A stretch of DNA of 64,000 nt. Source: Lingula anatina (Eukaryota; Animalia; Brachiopoda). Both the position numbers and the translations under genes were made by a program. The notes under the pieces were generated by a model that was not told where the DNA came from, did not search any database, and worked only from the letters and a program-made list of their open reading frames with translations. The stretch lies in assembly GCA_051362555.1 (NCBI GenBank), contig CM120645.1, forward strand, positions 16,120,001 through 16,184,000, written 5' to 3'. Shown here one piece after another: positions 25,401 to 38,997 of the stretch (position 1 is its first letter; each line of letters starts with the position of its first letter).

Positions 25401-26019
25401 TATCATATCTCATTAGATGTCCGTAACAAGGGCAGAAATTATAAAAAAAATAACATGACCTAAATTCTCTTCAAAATGACTTCATGCATAACAATAAAGA
25501 CATGAGTCGTGAGGATCTAGGTAGAAAGAAAAAACTTGCACGATTTTTTAAGTCTTTTCCTGACGAGAAACAGAATGCCTTTCATTAAAAAGTAAGTTTG
25601 GTCAAGCATGAATCTGTTTAACATACATAAAAATATTACCAACAGTTGTGAATAGATAAAAATATGCTATCGCGGTAAATGTATGTTTAAAATATAAGGT
25701 AAATAATAAAATTGAATGTATATTAATGCATGAAAATAACCGGAAGTCAATTACTCATATAATCCGCGATTCTGACTTCAAATCATTCCCAGAATGCATC
25801 GCTGGATGACGTAGAGATACGGACTGTTTCCACTTTCAGTGCCGTACTGTTAACCCTACGTTTTGCAATATGTATTTTCTTAGTTACCAGAATTTTATTC
25901 TGGCAAAATGTGTACAGTACATGTAGCTAGACTTGGCTTTTGTTCTCTTTATAAAATACTGGACAGTACAATTCACTGTTTGACAGAGTACAATATGTAC
26001 TAGGCGTACAATTTGAGTG

Positions 26020-26670
26020 TGTCATATGGGAAGCGTCCAGTTTTGCCAGTTACATGGACATACTAATATCGTATTAACAAAAGGTCAGAAAAAGACTCAA
26101 CGAGGGAATCAGATGGGTGCCTATGAGACACATTGCAAGGCAGGCTGGTATCAAAATTGCGCCAAACCCAGCATGTAAGGGACAGGCATCTTTCTGGACC
26201 GACATTTATCAGTGCAGAAGATATAATACGTGTAGTCAGACTTAGCCACCAGAACCGGTTCATGTCGGCCATGCAACTCAAAAACATTTGGCTGGATGAG
26301 GAAGAGCTCGAGTCAGTAAACAGTCAACAGAAGAAGTTGGGTTTCATCTAAAAACCGCCGTTGATCAACTTCCACTAGCAGATATGATTGACATGAGCTG
26401 CAAAACGAGAAAAATAGAAACTCAGGACTTGGCGCTGCAACAACATAATATCCCCAATGCGGATTGGCCTGCAGATTTGCATTATGTCAGTAAAATATAA
26501 CATGCTTGGGATATGATTGGCAGAGCTGTAAATGAGAGACACCGTCCAGTGGGAAACATTAGAGAGCTCCACCAGGCAGTATTTGGGGAATGGAACCGGC
26601 TCCCAAAGCAAGATTTACAGAAGTTGGTGGCAGGCTGGAGGAGACGACGATAAGCTGTTGTTCAAAACCA
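26020..26670 (+). mobile_element. Internally deleted, degraded Tc1 transposase
   Basis: HVRDRHLSG...IIRVVRLSHQNRFMSAMQL (HTH region) and DWPADL...HAWDMIGRAV (end of the DDE domain). Confidence 0.65.
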
Positions 26671-27945
26671 CGCATAAAAGACGATATATCTGTTATCTAT
26701 AATCTTCGTTATAAATACAACAGATTTTCAGATGATTAATCTCAATTTTAACAAGTTGTACTTTTTGTACCCTGAGTGTCAGAGCAACGTAAAAATTAGC
26801 TTGTAAATATTAAATATACCTTGGAGTCATTTTTACTAGCTCTGAAGACCAGCGGCCATGTAAGGCTTCCGTCAGTCAAATAGAACTACTCCGCAGTAAA
26901 ACTGCAGTTGAATGTCATTAGACCAAAATGAAACGTAAAACAAATTTAATTCTGCTTTATTTAATTTTATTTACTGTATTTAATAAATAAATGAGAAAAT
27001 AAATAATATTCTTCGAAAAGAAAAGATATATATCCAATGTTTTTTGTATTTTTTGCTTGTCAAAGAACATTTAGTCCTGAGATATACACGTGCACAATAC
27101 ACGTGCTTGCCGTGTGCCAAATTTGACAGCTACACTGTATGCCCGATACCACTATAAGGGCTGCGCAATGGCTATACGAAAATCAGTTTTTACAGCAGAA
27201 TGTTGCTTGTATTGTGGCACTGACCTTCGAGTGCAATATATTTTCAATTCAAACTTCTAAATCCGCGTCAGCCACTTAAATTGCTTCTTGTCTCGTCTGC
27301 ACGAGATAACTTCAGCGCAAGGCGGGAAAGGCAGCTCCAGGCGGCCAAACCTGTGACGTACGAGACTTATGACTTCCAAATATGGATCTAGGCGGACACA
27401 GCTGTGACGTGTGACTTCCAAATATGGAAGCGCCCCAGGCAGAATTTAGAAGAAGAACGCCCCCGAGTTGCCGCTGTTCGTTAGAGCCTGGTATTGCTAA
27501 TATGGGTTATATATGAAATCAAGATCGAGCTGGCAATACCGGAATCTAGAACCTAGGGTAACTTTTTGCCAAATGGCTTGGCATTTTGTTATTTAGATTA
27601 TTATAATAAACTATGTGGTGTACTTCATTAACAGAAATATTCAACTTGAATAAGTTATATTATGAAAAAAAATGCATAATCCAACTAGCATTTGAAATGA
27701 CCATAATGACCATGGCAGACGAATCTTTTGTAGAAAAAAAAACAACAACAAAAAACGGGGCGTTGCTTAATGAATGAGTACAACTACAAGTGTATGACAG
27801 AGTATTTTTTGTTTGTTTTAAATATAGTCGCCCAGGGGTGGTATATATGACTTAATAGATTTGCACTGCATATTAAGGCGTCTTTACTCGAAGGGGTTAC
27901 AATAATATTTTCGTGTGGAATTTGTACTGAAGATAAAAATATTAA

Positions 27946-30900
27946 CCCCATAGCGCCTGAGAGCATCTGACTTAGAAAGTGCCCTTGGTCCTGAGCCATC
28001 TACCTGGATGCACTCAATTTTACAGGCTTCCTCATTTAATCAATAATATTGTATTCATTTGTCCAGAAAACAGTTAAGAACTGTACATTGTTAGAAAGCC
28101 AAGAAAATAAGCTTTAAAGTCATATCAGTTTTGTTCACATTAGATAATAAAGGTAGAAATAGCAGAAGTTTAAAGATGAGACTTCTTTTTCTTGAAGAGA
28201 AGTAAAAAACAAAACTTCAATTTCAGCATGCACATTTATTTTTTCATTTTACCAGATAATTTGTTGAAATTTTCACATAAGAATCCTAAATATGTTTTCA
28301 ACAATGTCAGAAAATTCCACAAAAATATCTTGTTTAGTTTTTGAGTTATAATAAATTTCCTGGGATGCATGCTGTACCTAAAAACTTGCATCATTGCACA
28401 GAGTAAAGAAGGGTTGCTGGTTTGAAGACTTCCACCTTTTTACTTTCTTTCCAAGCCACAACATTAATTATTTGCCTTGTTGTTCCAAAGCAGAGCCAGA
28501 TATAGATATTTTACAATCACAAGACTTCAATTATCCCATAATATACCTTTTTCAAAATTAAAATAAAATAATAATACTGGTAAATCTATTTTTCAGGTGG
28601 GGAGGGGGGGTTCCAGGCACAACACAACATGCACTAATAATATTTTCTTTATGCGAGTGACATCACACCGAAAAAAATATCTTCTTTTTTAAAAGTAAAA
28701 CAAAAACTGCAAATATAAACTAAGAAACTTTATTCGTCTAAACCTACTGAAAAGCTAAGAATGCATGCACCACTGACTGAACAAAAATAATTCAAAATCC
28801 AATGTTTTGCTATGAGCAAAAAGTTACATAAATTATACAGTAAAAACTGAATCACATTTTGGCTTCTTTGCACAAAACATGACATTATAAAAAAATGCCC
28901 TTTTCAATTTAATCAATCATCAAGAACCAACAATTAAATAATAATAATTTTTATAGTAATAAGACGTATTGCAAAAATCATTTACAAGAATATAAATATT
29001 GTCTTGAGCAAATATTACTTTCATGAATAAAAATTGCACCAAAAAACATATGGTATTTGTACACAAGGAGGAAAAGACATGTTGATCAACACACTTGTAA
29101 ACATATGGCATTTATACACAAGCAGGAAAAGACATGTTGATGCAACACACTAGTAAACATATGGCATCTGTACACAAGCAGGAAAAGACCTGTTGATGCA
29201 GCACACTAATAAACATATTACATTTATACTTGTACACAAGCAGGAAAAGACATTTGGATCCAGCAATTGCTAATAATATCAATTTATGTATCATAAGGAA
29301 AAAATATTTTTCATGAAAACATTATCGCAAGCACCATGTCCTGTACAGTTATTGTGACATAAAATAAATAACAAAATGCAATTTATCACAACCCTAAAGC
29401 TACACACTCAAGACAAATGTAATATCCATAATATGTAAAAACTTCCTTGATCAAACATGACTGATTATTATGTATATTGAAATTAACCCCATAAAAATCA
29501 TAAATAAAACTTTCAAGATGTGAAATTCAAATTCCTGAGCAAATATACTATAAAGCACATGAAAAATTCAACATGTGCACTGGCAGAAATAAATGCTGTA
29601 ATATAAATATATCACATATAAGTATGCAGTCGAATATTTATCAAATGTGACCAATTGCACAAAAGCATCATTCTAACTAAAACTTTTTTATTATTATTTT
29701 TTTGCCTTTTTTCTCTGTTTTGGTGTATCTGCCCTTTCTGGGTCATTGGAAATAAAGTCACGCATATAATGAAACCTATGGAAACACGGGGCAGGACACA
29801 TTCTGACTTTACATACACTACAAGTGTAAGCAGTGTCAACACGCTGTAAGTGTACTACACAGACAGATCTTTTTCTGTCAGCAGAAATTGCTGGTGCATG
29901 TTCTAAATTCCGATTGAGACGAACACAGTCTGGTAAAGTTATGAGAGGCTTTCTTGTTTCTGAGGCTGCATTTCCTATCAATTCCTCACATAACAGAAGT
30001 GTGAAGTCTTTCATTTTGATTTTTTTCCAGTTGACTTTTTATATAAAATATATGAATTCACCCGTGCAATGTCAGGCAAAAAACAAAACAACTTGAGATA
30101 CCACACCACCGCTCGCATCAATCGCTTGTGTGCATTGATATACTGGTCAGACAAATCTACGCCTCCCATATAGGTATTATATGTGGCCACAGTAATGGGA
30201 CGGGGGAAATTGACCTTTGTCCATTTGCCATTCTGTTTAGAAGAACGTTGCACGGTGTCGGAGTCCTCACTGACAGGGAGAGTAGTGAGGAGAGTAACCA
30301 CCTTCTTGTCTTTCCAAAGTCACAGCAGTGAGGGGACCTTTGAACATATGCATCGAGCTGCCTCTTTGAAGATTCTTCACTACAGTGGCTTTCCCATTCG
30401 TCGTGTAAGGTAGTCCTTTTCTGTTTGGGCGTACTGTCCCACAAGCTAAAGTACTCCTCCTCAACAGCTGACAGAAGGCTGGAATGCTTGTATAATAGTG
30501 ATCCATATAAATATTATGTCCCTTATCTAAAAAAGGCTCAGTCACTTTCATAATAACGTCATGGGTTACTCCATTTTCAGAACTGTCATTGGCCTTGCCT
30601 GTGTAAACTTTCATATTTAAAATGTACCCTGATATAGATTCACTTGGCATGAAAACCTTCAAACCCCAGCGTATAGGTTTATCCTTCATAAACTGCTTGA
30701 AACCAAAGCGCGATTTACAAGCAATCATAGACTCATCCAAAGAAATTTCCTTCTCTGGCTGGTAGACTGAGCGGAGTTTACCGATAAGGGCATCCAGGAC
30801 AGAGCGCTCTTTGTAGAGTTTGTCATATGCAGGGTTATTTTTGTCTGTTACTGCTGTCTGGTTATTTGTAAAATGAATATACCGTAGTATAGCCAGAAAC

Positions 30901-31162
30901 CTGTCTCGAGACATTGCCTTTCTGATACCGGGAGAAGAAACCAACCAGTTATTAGTCCAATAGCCCCTTATATTGCTCTTTATTACAAGACCCATGGAGA
31001 AAATGATGCCTAGCCAGGTTTTCAGTTCTTCTAGCCCAATATTTGCCCATGCACACTTATGCTGCTCTGGGGCGCTGGCTCTCTCTTGCTGTGCATACAA
31101 GTTAGTTTGTTGACAGATCAACAACAGCAGGGCTTGGGTAAAAAACAGGCCAAAGGATTTAC
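27946..31162 (-). mobile_element. piggyBac transposon with frameshifted transposase; one terminus preserved
   Basis: SLDESMI, YMDHYYTS and MGGVDLSDQ catalytic motifs; C-terminal Cys-rich CVVH...CSVCKVRMCPAPCFHRFH; split over 3 ORFs (29694-31124); TTAA|CCCC terminus at 27942-27949. Confidence 0.9.
29040..29260. repeat. ~55-60 bp tandem repeat (about 4 copies) inside the piggyBac 3' region
   Basis: tacacaag(g/c)aggaaaagacatgttgat recurs at ~29060, 29114, 29171 and 29233. Confidence 0.85.
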
Positions 31163-32610
31163 CTAGAATAAAAGAGTAAAAACAGACAAAATAAAAGCTG
31201 CGAAGTTATACAACATAAGTATGCAGTGTATTACTTACATCCCAAAGTATCAAAGATTACAGATATCTCAAACTTACATGGACATACATGAAATGTAAAA
31301 TTTTGCACTTTAATATTTTACAAATACACAATAAGACAGCACTGCTATAATATTTATGAAAACAAAAAGTTTGCAAATCTTACTGAGTAAAATTTGTACA
31401 GTGTATATGTCACTTATTTCACAAAAAAACACAAACTAGTGCGATAAATATGCTCAAGTGACCAAGTGAAAATGGGTCGAGTGATCCGAAATACCGGTTA
31501 ATTCAGGATCCTTATGTGCTGAGTCTGGTAGTTGGGTAGGCCTGGAGATCAGCCACAGCTTTAAGGGCAAACAAATTCACTAGCGATGTATATGAACCTG
31601 TGGACAGTATCTCCCTAAATATATTTTGACAGCTCGACTTAATGGTATTGTAAAAAGATACATGACTGTAGAATACAGAATAAATAAAATGTCTATTTAT
31701 CTATCTACATGTAGAAGAAAAAATTCAAAAATGGCCCATCTCTACTCATCAACATGTTACATACGAAAAAATGGAAGAGATAACACCCTACCCAGTATCA
31801 TTTTTTTTTATTGTGCTCCATCAATCTCTCTCTCTCTCAGGTATTTTTTCTTTCTCTCTTTGATATATACCGTATTTTGTGAACACAACTCGTGTTAAAA
31901 AACTAAGCATAATATTATATCTAAATTCTGAAATTGATGACTGCAAACACTACCCTTAATCATGCCCCAATCTGTTGTAAAATGTTGTAAAGAACAATGT
32001 AATTTTGTACGAATTTTAGTGGGGCCATGATATTAGAGAAAAGTTAAATAGTGCTAGAAAAAGTAATTGGTGATTCGAACGTAGAGGTAGAGGGTGGAAG
32101 TGAGGAGCTATAAAACCTTTATTTATATAGCTCACAGCCCTCTAGGACAAGCGATTGTTTTAAAGACAGAGCGACACATCTCCGTAGATCGACCTGGCTT
32201 ACACAAATTCGCTGCGAAACATCTGATATTACTTCCACCATGGGTCCGTTAAAATATTTTATTGTATGTAATTTTGCCTTTTTGTTTTTGCGCCTTTTCT
32301 GAATACTCTCTCTTTCACTGTTTTTCTTGTAATATCACAAAGGAGAGAAAATAATTTAAGCACTCAACTTAAAAGATAATATGATATCAGCATCACCGAT
32401 TTTTATCAAAAATGAGAATAATTAAACCAGTGGTCTGTTTCGCAATGTCTGATCGTTACACATAATTTTAATCCAAATGGTACATTTCAAAGTAAGATAT
32501 TTTCTTAATTTTTGACACAGAAAAATGCCCTTTGAACATGAGCCATATATGAAAAACTTAAACTATCATTTCTTTAGGAAATGAACTAAAGAAGAGAGGC
32601 AGTAGCAGTA

Positions 32611-32778
32611 ATGGCCAACATGAGTGACATTACACTAGCAACCATAGAGGAGCTGGACGACGCCGCGAAGGCCCTAGATATTTGTGATCATTTAGAAATA
32701 TACGCTGACGACATTGAAGATCTGCAGGATCTCAAAGACAGGCTTCGACTGCATTACGAGGCAGAGCAATATCAAAAG
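32611..32778 (+). CDS. Copy 2 first coding exon (MANMSDITLATIEELDDAAKALDICDHLEI...KDRLRLHYEAEQYQK)
   Basis: Acceptor ends at 32577, upstream in-frame stop, donor AAG|GTATTA; homologous to 8488-8670; open frame. Confidence 0.9.
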
Positions 32779-33099
32779 GTATTATGCCTCTTTCTGCTCT
32801 GTTTTTTTTTTTTTTTTTCAAATAAATAATAAAGTTAAAAATAATAAAAAATAAGAAGAATAAATCTTATTTGAGGGTGATACAACACATGTACACCTTC
32901 CTTCTTTGAGGGGTAAGATTAAATTTAAGTAAAATGGAATTAAATTCTTTTTTTAAGTTATGTTAAGTAAAGAAAAATACATTAGTAATGTACATGAATT
33001 TTTTTTTTAATTTATAAGTATCCAAGTCTTTGGGTTGTTAATTCTAGAATTAAGACAGTTCTATATTTCAACTGAAATCCATATTGGATCTTTAAGCAT

Positions 33100-35570
33100 A
33101 GAATACATTCGAAATGCGATGCCCGTACGGTGCATGTACATGTATACTGCCCGTAATTCCCTTTTCATACGGCGCCGGGCGGAGCTTAACGGTGGCCTTG
33201 AGTTATCTCGCAACAACGCAAGGCGTTCTGCCATACGGAGCTGTCAAAATTGATAGACCTTGGTTTCCTTTGTCACGGACGCCGCACGATGAAAGTGTAT
33301 ACGATTTTCCTTACAGGCCACGGCGAATATGTTTTCATAACATTAACTCGAGGTCACGGGGGGAAATCGTATTTGAAAAATGATCATCCGAGGCCCTCAA
33401 TCTCAGTGCAGGTGCCGGACGCCTTTTGTGCGGCTTCATTGAAGAGTGCCACGCTGTTGATGCTACCCCCTACGGTTTTTCTAGCTTGTGTTCAGATTTA
33501 GAAAATTTACAATTTCACATTTATGCAAATGAATTATACCAACTCCTTTACATCTCCTTGATTACACTAACATTTAAACATCTTAAGCCCCGGTCACAAC
33601 CGGCTGTTTGCATCCAAATTTTGCGCAGAATCTCACTTTCAACGCAAGTCCTTCTTAAGCCTGGATCCCAACTCCAAGAACGATTTTTAGAACGTGCGTT
33701 TTTTTTAGATTCCTCTTGTCTGGCTGGCCTGTAGCTAGATAGCAGGGAAGGAATCAAGTAATTGGTAATTGCAAGGAGTGCGCAAGAAGAAAATGCGATG
33801 AAAGTATGAACGTGAAAAGCACAGCCTCAGCACGTCAAAAGTAACTGAGGCTTTCGCGTGCCCCGTGCGTGCAGAGTACAAGCATCGTGCACTATGAACG
33901 TTATCCGCGCTAAGAGTGCGGGCAACGCAAGGGCAAGGCAAGTGGACGTAGGGCAGTATTGCTGACTTCCCACGGTTGTTGCTCATCCTTTGCACGCGAG
34001 TCTTGTGTGTTGAGATGTTTTGGGAGGGTATAAAAACAGTGCATGTTTGAGATCATTATCCGCAGCAGTGTTTATAGATGGTGAGCCCAAGTGTACCTGT
34101 CCACTATCCAACTTCCCCCTCCCTATTTGTTGTCTTTTTAGGCATTTTTAAAACTTGGCGTCAAAGGCAGAAGCAATGCTTTTTCGTTCATGCCCCTCCT
34201 TTTAAACTCACGGTCCGTGCCCATGGACTACTCATTCAACATGCACGAAGTCCTTGAGGTCCACACGGTAGGCACGCGGAAGTGCAAAGAGAGCACGGGG
34301 TGAGCAAGAAATAAGTACGTGCAACGGGCGCCTTAACCACGTACATCGCACGCACCGTAGCCACCCAAGCACAGTGGAGAAAAAAAGGATTTACTCACGT
34401 ACAAAATCCCACGTTTTCCCCAATTATTTGGTCTTAGACCAGACGTACATCGTGTGTTGGATTGGGACCCCGGTTTTACGAAATTTCGAGTTCGCAGAAT
34501 ATTGGACATGTCCAAAAGATTCTACGAATAAACTGTGAACAGCGAGGCCGCAAGCGTAACTTGCTCCCCTCGCAAGGAGTTCGCAAGTTAGTCGTGCGTG
34601 GTCCAAGACGCACGGCGCAAGCAATGAAGGAGCAAGAGCTCTTTGCGTGTTCAGTACTGCGCACGCCCATCCAGGTAACGAACTAAGTCGAAAGCACGAC
34701 CAGGAAAGCACGTGCGTCACCCCCAAGTCTGGTGTATAAAAGGCGTGCACACGACGCGCGTTCATATCTTGACAATGAACGTCGACTGTGCAACGTGTAC
34801 AACAATTTCAAAAAAAAATTCAAATTTTGTTTAATTTAGCTTCTAATATGCCTCCAAATTTGGAAGAGAAAGAAGCCTAGAGAGCAGAAAAGAAGGGAAG
34901 AGCAAGAAGAAAAACGAGGAGAAAAGGAGGCAATAAGCGTGAGAGGCAAGTGAGAGGCAAGTGAGAGGCGTGAGAGGCAAGCGTGAGAGGCAAGAGCAAA
35001 AGTGACGCATAAGGGACCTACTTTCGCTGTGCGGAACCACTTTCTCTTTATAAGCGGGGAGTGCGTGCCACTACATGTACCCAAGAACAAGACAAACCCA
35101 AGAAATGAGCACAATTTCCACGGCCATCGCACCTTGCAATTAGCGCCCCTGTTTCAAAGGACACCTCACGTGGCCCCTACGACTCGCAATGCAGACTTGC
35201 GCCTTTCCATTGAAACCTTTCCTCTACCTCTACGGCTTCCACTGCACCTAAAATTCGTTGGGGACGCACGGTCCTTTTATTCGTGGGTCCGGTTGTGACC
35301 AAGGCTTTAACTATTCTTATGCCCCCCAGACCACCACAGGTTCAACCATTATCAGGATCACCGCAAGTCCACCGAACAATGCCTATGAAGGAGCTGCGTA
35401 ATGCCATCTACAATATTGTTGCGGTCTGCGGGCTTACGATTAAAAAACTTTGTCAATAGTTTCAGCTTGCTTGACAAAAGCGTAGATTTTGTACGATTTC
35501 GCACGGTCACCCTCAGCCTCCGAACAGCCACCGCACAAAATGATTTACGGGCAGTTTTAGAGCAGCGTCT
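33100..35570. other. GC/CpG-richer island of unknown origin with short ORFs and TATA-like boxes; possibly TIR-bounded
   Basis: Abrupt composition change from the AT-rich intron; AT|AGA...TCT|AT ends with subterminal ctgcccgtaa / ttacgggcag; no recognisable protein domain. Confidence 0.4.
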
Positions 35571-36822
35571 ATTATCAAAATGTTATCTTGTTACTATATG
35601 GTGAATGTAACCATGGGTTTGTCTCTCTGTATAGCCAGTTGGAAAATACAGAATTTTAATCTCGTGTGTAACTGGCCAAAATACTCACCTCGATGATTTT
35701 TAGATCGATTCTCATGTATGTATTAGAGATATGTCTCTCTCAGTCATTTGGAAAATAACTTAATTTACATTATATTTAAATTCAATACACTGTACTTGAC
35801 GAGACACCAAATGATATTTGACATAGATGACTTAATGCTAGCATCTTTGGTCTTCCTATAATACAACATTGGTCAAAAAGGTCGTCCCACCCCCATTTCC
35901 ATGTACTTTTTTTACAAATGATCAGCTCACGGGTGTAAATTGTTATAACTAGTGATTTTTATCCCAGATATCATGTCTAACATGATTAATGGTTCAAAAA
36001 TTACAAAATAGTGGTGAAAATATACACATTTTATACCATTTACTCAAATTTATAACAGGTACCCCGTCAAATCCAATGCTACACTGTGATTTCTACAGAT
36101 GTAAAGAAATATCTATTAAATTGATAAGACGCCATCATATATCACCAAATTTACACACAATAAACATTAGGATGTGCTCGTTAAAGGTCACGTGCCTAAT
36201 AGCGTATGCGTTTACTACGCACTGCAATTATCTCCTGTAGGTGGCGCAACAAGCCTTCAACAAGGGTAAAACTTCGTGGGGTATTATCCCCTTCTTTCTA
36301 AACAGCTTGGGGGAGTTGGTCCACGTTTTTATGGGATTATTTCTCCTCTGCATTGCACACTCCAATTCATGCCATAGGTAATTAGTAAGGTTAATATCAG
36401 GGCTCAAAGATGGTGGTTCCATCCTTAGAACATTGTGTTTCTACAACAAACCACTTGCCAGGCGAGAAGTGTGAGCAAGTGTGCTGTTATGATGAAGCCT
36501 GGAGTTAACACCAAAGTCAGTCCTTAAAGATGGAGTGAGATACAGTGGTCGGAATAATTTTGTTTCCGTTGTACACCGGTGTAACCACGTTCGAAATGTT
36601 TTAATCCCTATCTTGTGAATAGAAGGGGGCGGACAAACAATGGAGGGCCGTATAAATCCCTTAAAAATTCGAACGCACAAACACAATAGCTTAGGTGGAA
36701 TAACACAATACTTAATACGTGTGAACCCCATGACGCCGGTTTCTGTGGCCCAGCGCGAGCGTGACAATCCGCTGTAACTAGGTGTAATTAACAGCAGGAT
36801 ACATCAGCCAGAAGGTCCCTAT

Positions 36823-38997
36823 AGACCTTTTTCATCTTTTCCGGAAATACGAAGTGCGCACGACAGGAACCGCGCGCCACAGGGGTCATGATGGTCCTCT
36901 GCTGTTTCCAGCATGGCAATGCTAGGTGTAGATGATATACAAGGTGTGCATATAAAAAGGTCGTTTGCAGCTTGCACTGCTTTCTGTCAAACTAAAAAGG
37001 TGGCTGAAGCACAGAAATGCGTAAACTGTAGGCAAGAAAACAGCTACTTGGACGGAGAATCAATCAATTAAATGTTTTTTCTCAGTTTAAATACGATGCG
37101 CTGTACAACTAGACTTCACCTAAGCGTCCGAGCCTTGGCTGCACTTTCAATAGTGATGACAAACTAAAGCTTCAGAGTTCTTTTAAATGCCTCCGATAAT
37201 AAAGATATGCGAAAGAGACTCGTTATTTTTTATATATATTAAATCAAAACAGCCAGTAGACTCGTACACAGCTTTCAAGAGTGTGGACAGGTGCGTAGGC
37301 CTACGTCTTCACAATATTACATGTATATATGCAAGCTGTGGCGATATCACCTCATTTACCGGCAGTATCAATTCATTGCGATTTCTATGTCTTGTTTGAA
37401 GGGTGTCTTAAGAGATTTTTGAAATGATAAAATGAAAAGATTCCCTGCATTGTTTGACTCGTACCTAAAAGTGACACGCAGATTGTTCGTCGGTGAACTG
37501 ATTAAATCGTTTGGTACCTGATAAGGCATATCAGGTGTTACTTGTTCAATTGTTCAGTTAGGGGGGCGGCCACAACTACGACCTTTCCTCTGTAATTAAA
37601 ACCTTCTAATTTATAAGTGTTAAACAGGTGAGACAGGAATTCTCGAATCTTTCCCAGACGATAATTAAAGTTTACCGTGTCTTACTCCAGTATATGCACA
37701 AAATTTACGACAGGTAAAAAATGTCAGACTTTCGGTCTAACAAGTATGAACATTTTCTCAAACTGAAACAAAACCGTCAGGCAAAAACAAAATTATAGCA
37801 ACAGACCAAATTATTTGATTTTTAAATGTTTTCATGCGTATTTTCATCGTTTTCAATCAAAGACAATAAAATCATTCAAATAAAGTGTTTTCCACACATT
37901 TCATACTTTTTAACTATCTAAGACAGAGTTAAATATACGTAGGCCTGCTTTAATACTAAGCATATTTGCATTACTTTAAAAATACTGTACGTTAATTGTT
38001 TTATTATTTTTATTATCCATTTTGTCTTTACCATACATGTATTATGCACGTGTAGCTTACAGAAAGGCTTCTCTGCATTAAGAATATATGCCCATTGAAT
38101 TTTCCAATTCTCTTGTCATTGAGTTCAGAAATAAATAACTTTTTATTTTGCCGGTAACGCGTTCAACAAGGGCCGATGTACATTATTCTTCGTATGTCTC
38201 TGTTGATCTTGATAATATGAGCCCCATTTGTACAAATCAGTAATACGTACAGGGTGTACGGGACTGGATACATAATAATAAAAATTTTATTAACGTCTCA
38301 CGTTAAAAAAAAAAAAAATAGAACCCACCCTACTAAGGGTTATTAGAGACTAAAACCTGTGTTAGGCCTACATTTAAAATGATCACTAATCAATAAAACA
38401 CACACAAAAAGGATATTACATACAAAACTTTTCAAACCTTCTCTTTGTTGTTACACAAAAAGTCGTGAAAGTTCTTGAATTTTTTGTAAGTAGAATCCCC
38501 GTGTAAAACCTCACAGCTTTTACTTTCTTTTTCCATAATCTCATACTTAAAGTCTTTTCTTTCTTTTTAGGCCCCTATTCTTCAATTTTTTCTTCAGAAC
38601 TTTGTTTTTATCGCATTGTTTACCCCCGAGTTCTAGTTCGTTATATCCGTTGATTAACTAAGCATTTCTGTTTTTATTAAAGCACCGTTGATCTCCTAAT
38701 ATTATAATTTTTCTTCCCGCCTTCTCGCCTTCGAAATGTTCAGCGCAAACGCGGTGCCCTGCTTTTGATCCAAACCTGCTATATTTTCCTTTCTTTCTAC
38801 CATATTTTTCATTCTAACGGGTTTGTTGGGAACTTATTATACCTCATGTGTCAATCTCGCTTACTGTTATTGTAGCAGCGGGACAAAAAGCACGTAAACT
38901 CAGCCATGGTTTTAAGCACCGCTGTAAGTGTTTCGACATAGCAGGGCTCCCGTACCCACAATGCAATTTCCATTTCCGGAAAAGATGAAAAAGGTCT
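36823..38997 (+). mobile_element. 2.2 kb non-autonomous ISL2EU(PIF/Harbinger-related)-like element with AT TSD
   Basis: 26 bp TIR AGACCTTTTTCATCTTTTCCGGAAAT; empty site cct-AT-tgttt seen in the homologue at ~14550. Confidence 0.85.

Noticed and set aside
32100-32275. TATA-like box and ccaccATGg as promoter or first coding exon of copy 2
   Set aside because: A plausible 5' region, but the ATG frame closes within ~10 codons and there is no counterpart upstream of copy 1; not supportable without transcripts
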